Assembly (NCBI GenBank): GCA_905178155.1 | Contig: CAJINV010000004.1 | Span: 8,516,882 to 8,580,881, forward strand | Direction: 5' to 3' | Origin: Amoebophrya sp. A120 | Taxonomy: Eukaryota; Protista; Dinoflagellata | DNA: 64,000 bases | Part shown: positions 24,701 through 35,027 of the stretch, piece after piece | Position numbering within the stretch: the first letter of the stretch is position 1 | Layout: each line of letters starts with the position of its first letter | Notes under the pieces: generated by a model | Databases searched by the model: none | The model's input: only the letters and a program-made list of their open reading frames with translations | What the model was told of the DNA's origin: nothing | Translations under genes and position numbers: made by a program

Positions 24701-26301
24701 ACGACATCCACTCCTGGGCCCGTCGTAGTATCGATGGTGGCTTGCAGTTTCTCCTCTCGTGCTGCTGGTGCCTTGTCTTCTATGTCGTATAGTCCTTCCA
24801 AGGTACTGGCATGCGAAAGTGCAACATGTCCTTGACCTCCACGCCCGCACATGTTGTCTTCTCGTGTGCAGGTGGTACGCACTGGGGGTCCTGGTACTCC
24901 TTCTACGGTGTTTTTCACACTCGGTACACGGCGTTCCACATGGGTTAGTACTTCTTCACTACGTTTTGATATTTTCGGACGGAGCTCGAGCGCAGGGGAA
25001 GATGGGGCTCTAACTCTATCGTCCCTGCTTTCGTCTACACCACGACCTACTGGCGCGGTAGAAAGCTCCAACGACCCACTTTCCTCCTTTACTTTCCGAG
25101 GAGAAATGCAAATATTATCGTCTCCTGGTGATCCTCTTCCCTCATCTTTGCGACGGTGGTGCCGCGGCCCCGACGGGTTCTTGCCCTGTTGGGTGCTCTC
25201 CGTGCGTGGTAAGAACCGTTCCTCACGCTCAGGAAGCAGGTTCCGATGCTTGGTCTCGCGATGAAATGGCCTTTCCAGGTCGTCGTCTGGCGCAGCTGCG
25301 GGTAGTGATCTCTTTGCGGAAGTAGAGGATGAAAATCCTTTATTCAGCCTTGACGACGCCTGGTGAACCAGCACTCCGCGCGCAGTGGTTCTCGTCCTTT
25401 GCCGGCATTTCTTTGTGCCAGGAAGCAGATCCTCGCTAGCCGTGCTAGAGAAGGACATAGACGAGGAAGACGTTGACAATGAAGGGCTATAATCTTCTGG
25501 ATGATCAACACGACCCCGCTGCGGAAAAACTCCTCCTCGCGATTTGAGTTTAGAAGATCCTCCGTTCTTCTCCTTCCCCCGGCGGCAACCCCGCTCGTCT
25601 TCACTGGAGGAGGCGAGGAGCGGTGGGTGGCGAACTACAGGTGGGTGGTGTGCCTGTCCACCTGCACCTTTTTCTCTCGTCCCGCTACTGCAGCTCCACC
25701 GCATGTTATTTGTACTTGGCATGTATACCAAAGACCGCGGACGCGATTTTATCTGTTCCTCCGACGAGGAAGAATTAGAGGACCCCTCTGACGATGAAGC
25801 ACGACGACCCCGTGCTGGTGGGCCCCTGCGTAAAGGAAGTAAATCCGGTCTTGCACTGTGTCTCTGGCGTAGTAGCTCGTCGCGTTGCACTCGTCCTTGT
25901 CTTGAGGGTGCAGTAGTTTGCTCCATCGGGAGCAGTGCCGTAGATTTATTTCTCGTCGTTGTACTGGCCATAGTGGACGACTGTTTTATCGTCAACTTCG
26001 ATCTTGTAGTCTTGGTGGTACAATTTCGTTCTTGATGTCTGTAAGGCGCATCCTCTGAGGAATCTGATATCGGGTTGTATTCAACTTCACGTCCGCCCTG
26101 GACACACGCTGGTCGATAATGATTGGCACGCTCGCCTTTGGAACTACTGCTTCCAGGTCGGCAAAGGCGCTCCCCCGGTATGTGTAGCTCTTTGCGACTG
26201 CGGCGTTCGTGAGGGATTTGCTTCCGTGTGCAGGAATTTCTACTTCTTGCGGGCGATAGGCCGCGCTTGTTGCGGTCCGTAATACTGGAAGAGGACGGCA
26301 T
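12788..26301 (-). CDS. Very large (~3700+ aa) low-complexity protein with C-terminal EXD1/Egalitarian-like DEDDy 3'-5' exonuclease domain
   Basis: Spliced motifs: ICVDLEG..GKICLLQI..VFVFDV; LKRLFE..IEKIFFDCRND|SDAIYHQFRVKLANVLD|LQ; KKLFEP|KFGGNFRRFESRPL..LLLYSASDVRYML. ORFs 24133..26301, 22981..23844, 22081..22638, 15274..22077 and 14319..14966 join in frame via introners, as do 13607..13792 and 12788..13150. Introns in 13920-14380 are not resolved. Confidence 0.75.
13203..13361. mobile_element. Introner, family D
   Basis: TIRs TATGCATTCCAAAAGCATCGCGCTC / TACGCATTGGAAAAGTATCGTACTC; perfect DR TTGGC. Confidence 0.85.
13411..13676. mobile_element. Introner, family A
   Basis: Family A TIRs; flanks AAATC/AACTC; frame restored (AEF|LQWLD). 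Confidence 0.92.
14852..15133. mobile_element. Introner, family A
   Basis: TIRs TATCAAGTGCAAATATGTCTGGGTC / TATGCATTGCGAATATGTCTGGGTC; flanks GTCCA/ATCCA. Confidence 0.9.
15189..15362. mobile_element. Introner with long (~55-bp) TIRs, family E-like
   Basis: TIR TATC(A/C)CA(C/G)AGAAAAAAGCTGGCAGGGCATATTTGTAATGCAAAAATAAATACACA; perfect DR TGTCG; interrupts exonuclease motif DCRND|SDA. Confidence 0.92.
21867..22125. mobile_element. Introner, family A
   Basis: Family A TIRs; perfect DR AACCG; frame restored (EQAV|VRKE). Confidence 0.92.
22660..22993. mobile_element. Degenerate introner, family C
   Basis: TIRs TATCCTGTGTAAAAA / TATTTCTGTGTAAAAA; flanks GCACC/GCGTC; interior TAGAATCAGGATAA..TCGATTTGT shared with 43514-43830; removal +5 nt gives LRDA|RLSQRMSEL in frame. 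Confidence 0.75.
23762..23985. mobile_element. Introner, family B
   Basis: Family B TIRs; perfect DR AGACG. Confidence 0.9.
24041..24193. mobile_element. Introner, family D
   Basis: TIRs TATCCTTTGCAAAAGTATCGCACTCGTAG / TATGAGCTGCAAAAGTATCGTACTAGTAG; flanks TGCCA/TACCA. Confidence 0.85.
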
Positions 26302-27023
26302 ACTCGCGGTTCCGTAATATAAATGTATGATGGTGTCGTCAGATTTGCTGTACAGAGATGAGAAGACGCAGCTTCAGTACAATCTTCCGGCAAACGCCAT
26401 GATTTGTAGTTAGGGCTGGAACTTATTCCCAACTTCTTTTTCTTCACACAGAACAAGTCGAAAACAAACTGTAGTTTCTACTTACGTCCTTCCACAGGCT
26501 CAAGTAGTTCTGAACGTATCCTTAGCGTTAGCCTGGGTTCATTTACAAACTTCTCTCCACACGATATTTCACTTGTAGCTAAAAGTTTTTTTTTTCCTGT
26601 TTCATCACAAATAATGTGCACAGTTCATGTACAAACATACACGTAGATGTACTACACAGTTCCAATATAGACGAAGACGTCTTCGTTCTGTAGGCAGGAA
26701 AAAACCCAACGGAAAATAACGCGTCCACCAGATGGAATCCAAAAATGTAGTAAAATCCCATCGTTCATAGATTGTTGTACATCGTTGCGGCGCCTTCGTT
26801 CAAGATTGTTGTACACTTCCTGTGTGAAGAAGCAGCTCTTTGGATCCTCCTCCGGGAACGTAGACCAAAAACTCTTTGAAAACAAGATCGTTGCTGCTAT
26901 TGTGTCAACGGGAGGAGAAAAGCGTACCATTCGATTGGTCCCCGTAACAAAAAAAAAAATCGAACGTATACTTCAAGAAACACAAGCGGCCGCATAGCCG
27001 CCAGCACGGCTGCATCAAGAACT

Positions 27024-29779
27024 TTATCGAGAACTTTGGGTGTCATGATCTACCGGCACCAGCCTAGCTGCGCCTAATGCTGCACGCGACGCGGATTTTT
27101 CCGGTTGATTTTGAATACCGTCAGTTCTTTTCTCGTCCGCTGCACTCACTGTGTTCAACATAATTCCTCCTCCAGAAAAAAACTGGAGCAACCACTTGAA
27201 ACTCGCAAGAAAAATCGCGGTTTGCGGCACCCACAAGGCGCACCGCAGCGTCGCGCCCCGGAACAGCGCCGGGAGGCTATGAGAGTGCACAACCCTGCCT
27301 CCCCCTCATTTGTCATGCAAAATACCAAACTCACCCTCTGCCTCTTGATCCTGTTTGCATGACAAGTTCTAGCAGCCCAAATAGGACTACACTCCTGCCC
27401 AAATTTGTCATCCAACTTTGTATTTGTGCTGATGGTTCTTGTATTGCTGTTCATGCAATACAAATGAGGGGGAGTGGGAGTTGTGCACTCTCATAGAAGC
27501 CTTCGGTCTTGGCGATGGTGAAGAGCGCGTGGGTATCAGCTGTAAAAATGTCTGTGTCTGGAAAAATTCATGTTTGTCATGCTTGTCTGGCATGACGCTT
27601 AAATCTGTCATGCACGTTACCCAAAACTCCGTTTTTCTGTGATGCAAAAGCGCAGTTTGTCATGCAGAATAGGCAACACCTGGGAGCTCAGAAACAAACT
27701 TGTCATGCTGAGTCAGCATTTGTGCGTCATCATGAGACGCCACCCAGCATCACAAGTTCCCAGACCCAGACATTCTTGCATTTGATAGTGGGGGAGGTGT
27801 CGGTAGTTGAAAAGTTTGGTCGAGGAAGGTGTTCTATCAAATGTAAAAGTGTCTGGGTCTGGAAGAATGCAACTTGTCATGCTAAATCTGAAGCATGCAA
27901 AAATCTGTGTTGCATGATTACCAAAAGTCGTCCAGTTTTGACCAAGTCGGGAGGAAGTTTGTCATGCAGGATAGGCATGAGAGGGATCGCACAGAATCTG
28001 TCACGCTAGGTCCTGCATTCCAGACCTCATGGGTCATGGAAAAGCTGCATAACAAATCGCGCATTCTTCCAGACCCAGACATTTTTGCATTTGATATGTT
28101 CCGGTCGTAGCAGAGCGCCGCGCCGCACCTGCTTTATTTCCAGCTTGTTCTCGAGCACCAGAAGTAAATCTTTTTGCTTGTTCGACGGTGGAGGTCGAAG
28201 ACTCAACTTGCAAATTCGCTGCCGTCGCCCGGTCCACCTGCATCCTGAGTTTCGCCAAATCCAGGGGCGTGGTGACAAAGCACGCAATGCTGCCGGAAAC
28301 GCAGGCGCAGGCAAAGGTCAGGAACGCTGGTTTGGAGACTGGAGGAGGAGGAGGAGTTCCTGTTGCTCTAGACGGAGAATTTGTAGTAGCACGACCACCT
28401 TCACCTGTTGCACTTAATGCAGCTTCCCTCGCCGTTGAGGCCGCCTTCTCTTCTTTTGTCTTCCGCGTACTAGTCGTCGATCTACTTCTGTGGTACACCT
28501 CCAGCGCCTTTTCCTCCAGCTGTTCGTACAGTGCCAGGTTGATGTATAACAGTACACAACCCCCCCTCCCCCTCATTTGTATAGCATGAACGGCAATACA
28601 AGCATCAGCAAGAATGCCGGTTTTGCATAATACATTTGCACTGGGTTATAGTGCTAATGGGGCTACCAGAACTTGTCGTGCAAACAGTGCCAAGAGGCAA
28701 AGGGTGAGTTGGGTATTTTGCATGACAAATGAGGAGAAGGGGGAGTTGTGCACTGTCATATGATGGCCGTCTGCGGCCCAAACGCCGCCAGCGTCGCACC
28801 GTACGCCCGGTACAAGCCCCGGACGCCCTCGGTCTGGAGGATTTTCCGCACCGCGTCGCAGGCATTGTTGTAGTAGAAGGTTTTATTCTTGTGTGGTCTC
28901 TCTGCAGGCAGCATCGTACTTTGCCGCAACTTCTCCACCTCCCGGAGTGACTGCTGGACCTGCAGTCGCTCTTTCACCACGTCGACCGGCCGCTATGAGA
29001 GTGCACAGGAACAAGAACCGCTCCGCGTCCACCTCAACATACCAAATGTGAACTATGGCCCAGTCCGCTCTTTTGGATTCTTACGAAAGCGATACAGTTC
29101 GCACACACAAACTTCAGAAGCTGTCCGAACGGCAGTACTGTTGGGCAAGACGCTTCTCATCCACAGGCCAAATGTTCGCTGGAGGTGCTTACTTATACTA
29201 TTTCTGACCATGCCTCGCTTGCTTCAAATGTTGGGGGGTAATGGGAGTTGTTCCTGTGCATCCTCATCATAGACACCACAAAATGCAGGAAATCGCCTCC
29301 GCCCCGAGCCCGGCGAGGAAGTCGCGCGTGATTTGCTGGGACCGGCATGAAGTTGTTGAAGTGGCTCCTGTACTGGAAGTTGATGAAAATAAGGCATTCT
29401 CGTAGTTCAAGGGACTCCTTGGATCGGTTCTCAGCATCTCGTACGTGGTCATGTACAAAGCGCCCGCGGGTAAACTACCCAAAACCGCGACGAAAAAGCC
29501 CTCGTACAGATTGCCCTTGGAAAAATGGGCCCGCCAGCTCGGCTTCGCCGTGTCGTGGTTCTTGTTGTTCTGCTGCAGTAGTACGTCGACCTGCATGCGC
29601 GCCTTCAGCGTGTCCAGCGGGTGCGTCGCCATCTTGCCCAAGCACGCGGCCGCAGAGCTGGCGAGGACCGTGTGGGCGAGAGACGGCTGGCGTGGGGCGG
29701 GAGTGGGAGGTGCGGCCGTACTGGCATCCGTAGGTGGTGGTCCTCGTGCGGGGGTGTCAGAGCTACTACTTCCCGTCAT
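27024..29779 (-). CDS. Mitochondrial carrier family (SLC25/MCF) protein, ~500 aa, 6 exons
   Basis: Three Px[DE]xx[KR]xRxQ signatures: PLDTLKARMQ, PVDVVKERLQ (created by splicing) and PLDLAKLRMQ, plus EGVRGLYR and EG(F/L)PALFRG. 2756 nt minus five elements (+5 each) = 1503 nt = 501 codons. Substrate not assignable. Confidence 0.9.
27278..27495. mobile_element. Introner, family B
   Basis: TIR TATGAGAGTGCACAAC..CCCCCTCATTTGT; flanks GAGGC/GAAGC. Confidence 0.9.
27534..27787. mobile_element. Introner, family A
   Basis: Family A TIRs; perfect DR GTGGG. Confidence 0.92.
27835..28096. mobile_element. Introner, family A
   Basis: Family A TIRs; perfect DR TGTTC. Confidence 0.95.
28545..28760. mobile_element. 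Introner, family B
   Basis: Family B TIRs; perfect DR TGATG. Confidence 0.92.
28994..29271. mobile_element. Diverged introner, family B-like
   Basis: TIRs TATGAGAGTGCACAGGAACAA / TATGATGAGGATGCACAGGAACAA; flanks GCCGC/GACAC; removal +5 nt gives WC|PVDVVKER. Confidence 0.82.
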
Positions 29780-31397
29780 CTGTGGCGCAGAAGCCGGTGC
29801 TGAGATGCTCTTTTACATGCGAGAAGCACCGAAGAAGAAGAAGAAGCCGAGGGGGACGCGGCTGGTGGGGCGTTGTGTCTATGCTCCGTTCTCTCGCAAG
29901 TTCACGCACTGGTCACCAGAAAACGTAGTGGTTAATTTTGGGAGAGTGCTTTCTTACTACTAAGAACGCGTACACAAGCACAACTGGTGAGAGAGATGGT
30001 GGTGGAAGCTACTAGCCAACTTTGTCTCACAAGTACACAGTGACAACCACGTGCTTCACAACCGCACATACCGCAGATGCGACCGCGAGCTGGAACACAG
30101 ACAAATACCTGGTCGGCGAGTACTTCCCACTGTGAAAAGGAAAACGAAGGACAAGCCTTTTGTGACTTCGCTTCCGCAGTGTAGTTGCACCTCAGAGCCG
30201 CGCCGGGGACGCGCGGACCCCCCCCGCGCCACGTCTACGCCCCCCCTGCGCTTCTTTGCGCGCGGGGCCGTCAGTAAACGAAGGAGGCGGGAGGGCGGAG
30301 ACAACAAACACAACGCCACGGGCGAATAACCTGGCCCCTTGCAGGAGGCCGCGCCCGGGCCGGCGGGGCGCAGGCAACACACGAGCCGGCGGGCCCACCG
30401 CGGCACCGGCGCACAGGGCGCCAGGAGCGCGGCGCGTTTGCGCCGGCTGGCCAGCCGCCGCGAGCGGGGGGACATGCGTAGCGGCCCGCGCTGGTGTGAA
30501 TGGCGAAGGCCCGCCCGCCACCCGGCGGGCCCTCCTGCTGCTGCGCCCCGGCTGGCACTTCTTTCGATGGCCGGCTATTTCCTTCCATGACGATGTGCCC
30601 GAGGCGGCCGCCCGCGGCTCCGGTGCGTGGTCTCCTTTCAAAGCCTGCCCCCCTTGCCGATGAGGCGGCCGGCTTCTGGCATGGCTTCGGCGCGCAGCAC
30701 CTGGACCACTGTCGCGTCGTTGCCTCTCACGGAGGTCTTGCCCAGGCCGCAATCCGTAGCGATCATCTTGCGCAATCCGTAGCGAGCTGTGCTTCCTCTC
30801 CGGCAACGGGTAGAACGGCTACCCGGCGGAATCCCCAGCCGCGCCATCCTATACTGGCTTTCAATTGCAATTTGCTATACTCGGCACGAAGGGGAACGTG
30901 GTAGAAAACATATTCTTTGCAGAGTAGCTCTCAAAACAAGATACTGGCTGCGGTCTTTCGTCTGTCTCCCAAGTCTCAGGTCAGTGCTACCACTCCAAAA
31001 CCCTCTCCTGCCCTCCAGAAAGCACTAAACACTACTTTCTCTCAGTCCCAGACCAAGTAGATGCGACGGGAAACTCAAGTAGCTGAACCTCGTGGGCCTA
31101 TAAAAGGCCACACGGCGCGATTGCAAACTGACGTGTGGTGCCAGAAGTAAGTAGACCAACGTCAAAAAGAAGGGACAAGTAAGTATCCCAGCCAGCCTAT
31201 CGCGGACTGAGTATTGCTCAGTTGACTTGCTTATTCGCGTCTTACGACCGTACTGGTGCTTTCTACAAGGCCTGCAAATTATTCAGGGGTGCAGCATTCA
31301 CTTCGATTTTTTACTTCATTCTGGAGGCATTTGACCTGGATATATCAATTTCCAGCTCCGCTGCCGCTTTGCCGTTGATCACTGTTTTTTCGGTGCT

Positions 31398-34144
31398 TTA
31401 GGCGCGCGGCTGCATGCAGTGGATGGTAATGGGATCCTCCTCCGATTCGTTGTTCTGCCGCCGGTACTCTTGCACTGCTCGTAAAACATCAACCCAGGTA
31501 TCTGCTTCGCGCAGGAAGCGGCGCTCTGCTGTGGGGGCAGCTACGGAAGCTTCTACAGACAACTGCATTTCCTCTTCTGCTTCTCCCCACACGTCGCTTT
31601 CTTCGTGCGACGGCGTTGGCAAACCGCTGCTACAACTGGGACCGCTGACACACTTGTTCGCCTCCGCACTGGTTTTTCCGATTTTGCCTTGGGCCGCACG
31701 GGTTGGCGCTGAATCCTTTTCCTTGGACACCCCTTCCACATAAAACATGAGGTCCTTGAGAAAACTCCTCTTCGAATACCTTGATGGTGCATGAGGTCCT
31801 TGATGGTGTAGCGCCGCATACAAGGGAAATTCGCTTCGCAGTTCCAGCAGCGCTTGGCCACGCTTCGTGGTGCAAAACTGGACGATGTTGCAGAACAGAC
31901 GGAGGTCCTGGATAAATTTGTCCGCCTCCTCCCGCGTTTCGACAAAGAAACTTCTCGGCCGCCTTGTTTCCAGGTGTTTTCCATTCGAAAAGCGAATCGC
32001 CCACATCGGTCCAGCCACGCCCATCTCCTCTTCTTCAAGCTGTATGTTCACGACGTTCTCGTCCAGGGCTGGAACCCAGTTGTCGTCTGGCCACGAGATC
32101 TGTACCGCCGCGTCCAAAAAGCCGAAGCAGGCCAGATCAAAATCGCGGTCCCTGCGCGAGAGCGGGGTGGTGCGGGCGTAACACGGCTCACGGAGCGTCC
32201 CGGAAAGCATATCAACGGCAAAACCGATCAAGCAGCCGCTCCAACGTTCATCCTCGGCCACTGTTCGCGGATCCGGACCAATCGCAAGGTATGCCGGCTG
32301 CCGTCTTTGCTCTTCCAAGTCTCGTAGTGTCTCGATATTGTTGGCGGTCCACAAGCACTTCCCCTCGTGGGTCAGCATCCGGTCCGGGTCGGTGGCGATC
32401 TTCACGATCTGCTCCTCAAGTACCTGGGTCTCCAGAAAGAGAGTATTAGGCGGTAGCCCGCAGTCCGCTTCCAGTCTCTTCGGCAATGCGAGTGCGAAAT
32501 TGGCTCCGGCCAAGTCGCACTCTCGGCTCAGTGCGCTGCGCAAAGTATCCAACACTCGAAACTCCCGCAAACAGCCCACCGACGATGGGTATCCGTAGAC
32601 TTCGTTCTGGTCGTATCGGCCTGTGGGAATTGTAAACACCGACTTTATGATGATGTCCTCCCGAAACTTAAGAACACATAGATGTCGATCAGAAAACCCA
32701 AGGTGCCTACATCTACAACTTTGAAGAACGAGCAGACAACTATTCGTATTGATTTCTTAGCGACACTTCTTTCACGGACCACGAAAGTAATGAAGCACAT
32801 TAAGACAAACCACACTCTCGTGAAGATTCACATAAAAAACGTAGAAATACTATATCGCAGCGGCATGGCAACAATCAGCGAGCGCGCGTTCACCAGCACC
32901 TGACCACCGAGGCCGAAAAGGAGAAACTCCACCGCCGGGCCGAGGTTTCCCGGTCGCAGATTGCAGTCTTCGACGCCTTTGGGAATGCACATTGGGAAGC
33001 CACCAGACCATCGCTGAATTGCATCGTCCATAATGTCTGCACCCTCGTCGTACAGTTCCTGCAGTAACAAGTCGACCCGATCGGCGTCGAGCTGAAAACT
33101 ATCCGAAATGCGCTTCATCGTTTGTGCGAATTTTTTCCAGGCGGTATCCTTATCAAATGGAAAAGTGTCTGGGTCTGGAAGAATGCGCGAATTGTCACGC
33201 AGCTTTTCCATGATCCATGAGGTCTGGAATGCAGGACCTAGCATGACAGATTCTGTGCGATCTTTCTCATGCCTATCCTGTATGAGCAACTGCCTCCCGA
33301 CTTGGTCAAAACTGGACGACTTTTGGTAATCATGCAACACAGATTTTTGTATGCTTCAGATTTAGCATGACAAGTTGCATTCTTCCAGACCCAGGCATTT
33401 TTACATTTGATAATCCTGCTTTACCGAAGAGACTTTTTCTCCCAATTGGTCCTGGAACGTGAGAAGCTTTTCCGCACGGTGGAGTTGGACCGCCGTCGAC
33501 CCGAGCGCGCTCGAGCGGAGGTGATTCGGCCAATGAATTTTCGCCATGCGCTCCTCGAAACGGCGTTCCCAAATGTTGTTGTTGAACTGGAAGAGCGGCT
33601 TGCGTTTCTTTTTGCTGCCGTTCCCCGCGTCCGCGTCCCCTTGCTGGCTGGAACATGACCCGCCCTCCTCGGCCTTCGCCAGTTGTTTTTCGTAGTCCGC
33701 GTCGAACTTCGGCAGCTCCGGAACCGAAAAATTCGCCTTCCGCGCTTCCTCGCGTTTTTCGCAGACAATGGCTGCGGAATCTACCCCCACGGCCGCCGCG
33801 ACCTCGAGCGCCATGGCCTTCGGGCAGTATTTTGTGCGGGGCTCGCGCGGGATGACCACCAGCTCGTCCCCCTCGCACAGCGCGATCACGGGCTGTGAGG
33901 GGACGCAGTCGGCCTTGCCGGGTGTAGCCGTTTTGATCACCTTCTGTGCCGCCTCGGATACCTTTCCGATGAGTTTTGCGAAATCCGGTCCCCCCGGCTC
34001 CCAGTTCATGGCCGCTTCCAGTGCGGACCGAGACAAGAACGCTCCCTCCTCGTGTAGACGGAACTTCTGGGGGACTGTCAACATCTTGATGTCCTTGCTT
34101 TCGCCCGGGCCGGAAATGGAAGATCCGCCCTCTGCGTCCGACAT
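31398..34144 (-). CDS. Hypothetical protein, 'family X' paralog 2
   Basis: ORF 33401..34204 (ATG at 34144) joins 32828..33340 via introner 33151-33412 (KQD|TAWKK). The link to 31398..32639 is inferred from paralogy; an intron at ~32680-32850 is not resolved. Confidence 0.65.
33151..33412. mobile_element. Introner, family A (reverse orientation)
   Basis: Family A TIRs; perfect DR ATCCT. Confidence 0.95.
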
Positions 34145-35027
34145 CTGAATTTGGTACTTACTCCTGCTGAGGCTTTGCAAAGAGAAGTGCTGGCGACACG
34201 ACAACTAGAGTGTTCTAACGATGGCTGCTTGCGTCGCTACTTGATCTCGGCCACCACTTCCCGCAATCAGGTTTGAGTCACAGTAGCAATTGTGAAATGC
34301 CAAAAATTCTTCGGAAGTGCAAAAAGATAAGTCTATTCTCCTATGCATCTATCGCACGTGTTGTTTTCACACGTTTTGCTTTTACCAGCGATGAAGGTTC
34401 CTGTTTTCGATGAGAGTTTCGAGCGTCGGTTTGAAGACTGCGGCCAATTTGCAAGACACAATCTAGTTTGGGGTGCGGGAACGCTTTCTAGGTAAAAGAC
34501 CACAACAAAAACGACCGAGGACGAACATGGACCCTGTACCCAACTCGACCTTCTTCCTCTCTTTTCACTCGCACACAGCACCACGACAGAAACGACAAGA
34601 ACTTTTGGCCCGCGACAAAAAAAGATGCGCCGTTCTGAGGCAACACGCTTGCGGCACCATTGAAACTGAAAGCGACCAATTGATTTCCTATTTGTATGAA
34701 ACAATCGCACATTCTCAGGCTGCATTCTGTCGAATCGTGTTGCGTTCGAAACAATCGTAACAAGGAACCCTAGTTCAAAAAAAAATCTCGAAGGAACATC
34801 CAGAAAGGGGGTGAGGCAGTACAGCAGTAGATCTTTCTTATTTGAAGCAAACAGTCTTCAGCTTCACTAATTTAAAGTTCCGCCTCATTTGCATTTCATT
34901 TCGACTTCCTAGTCCTACCAAGCCCGGGTCGAATAAACAAATCCATGAAATTGTTTTTCTCTCAACTACCAAGAAATAGGCTATTATATATTGACAGTGT
35001 GCTCTGCGGAAACCGAGTGTCCATTTT

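Noticed and set aside
32680-32855. Additional introner linking ORFs 32828..33340 and 31398..32639
   Set aside because: Only a weak inverted match, and element + 5 removal did not restore the frame; left unresolved
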